A DNA stretch of 63,090 bases, filler included, from Octopus bimaculoides (Eukaryota), in the NCBI RefSeq assembly GCF_001194135.2. It is 3 parts of 3 records of this genome, joined end to end, with 100 filler letters (N's around TTAATTAATTAA, not from the genome) between each part and the next. Parts side by side here need not be neighbours in the genome. Positions count along the whole stretch, not along the records: positions 34,009 to 63,090 come from NC_068988.1; 2 more parts are not named here. One strand, given 5' to 3'. Below, piece by piece: positions 62,880-63,090 of the stretch. Each line of letters opens with the position of its first letter. Positions within the stretch are counted from its first letter, which is position 1. The position numbers and the translations under genes were made by a program. The notes beneath the pieces were generated by a model, which saw nothing but the letters and a program-made list of their open reading frames with translations, did not search any database and was not told where the DNA came from.

Positions 62880-63090
62880 TTTTACGAACAGATATAATTC
62901 GTCCAAAGAAGTGTGACAACACACTAAACCACTAAGATTCTTGTACAGACGATATTAAAATTAGACTAAGTGAATCGAATATGTTGTGTACTTTCTTGAA
63001 AAGGAGAAAAATTTATAATTATAAACACTGATAATAAAAATATATGCATATATATATACATACACGCATATATATATATATATATATATA

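Overview
AT-rich, repeat-saturated eukaryotic DNA with about 8.5 kb (~14%) of N gaps. The SINE families, very high microsatellite load and gap style suggest an octopus or other coleoid cephalopod scaffold (inference from recalled repeats, not a database result). No intact or recognisable host protein-coding gene, rRNA, genuine tRNA or CRISPR array is present; nearly all listed ORFs are translations of microsatellites or N runs. Supported content: (i) three or four tRNA-derived SINE families in many copies; (ii) LINE relics, namely two RTE fragments (one ending in twin zinc fingers) and a head-to-tail stack of R4/Dong elements; (iii) a Penelope-like element (PLE) with RT and GIY-YIG remnants split by a (CTT)n tract and a gap; (iv) three Tc1/mariner transposase fossils, a hAT MITE with an 8-bp TSD and a TA-flanked MITE; (v) a few weak candidate small exons. 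The most interesting signal is a set of minimal hammerhead-ribozyme (HHR) motifs: near-intact at 26739-26784 and 30408-30445, degenerate at ~14.9, 15.5, 20.5 and 30.35 kb. One lies in a 75-bp hairpin with its own antisense copy, nested within an ~880-bp inverted SINE pair. All alignments and folds were done by eye, and repeat boundaries are approximate unless a TSD or TIR is given.
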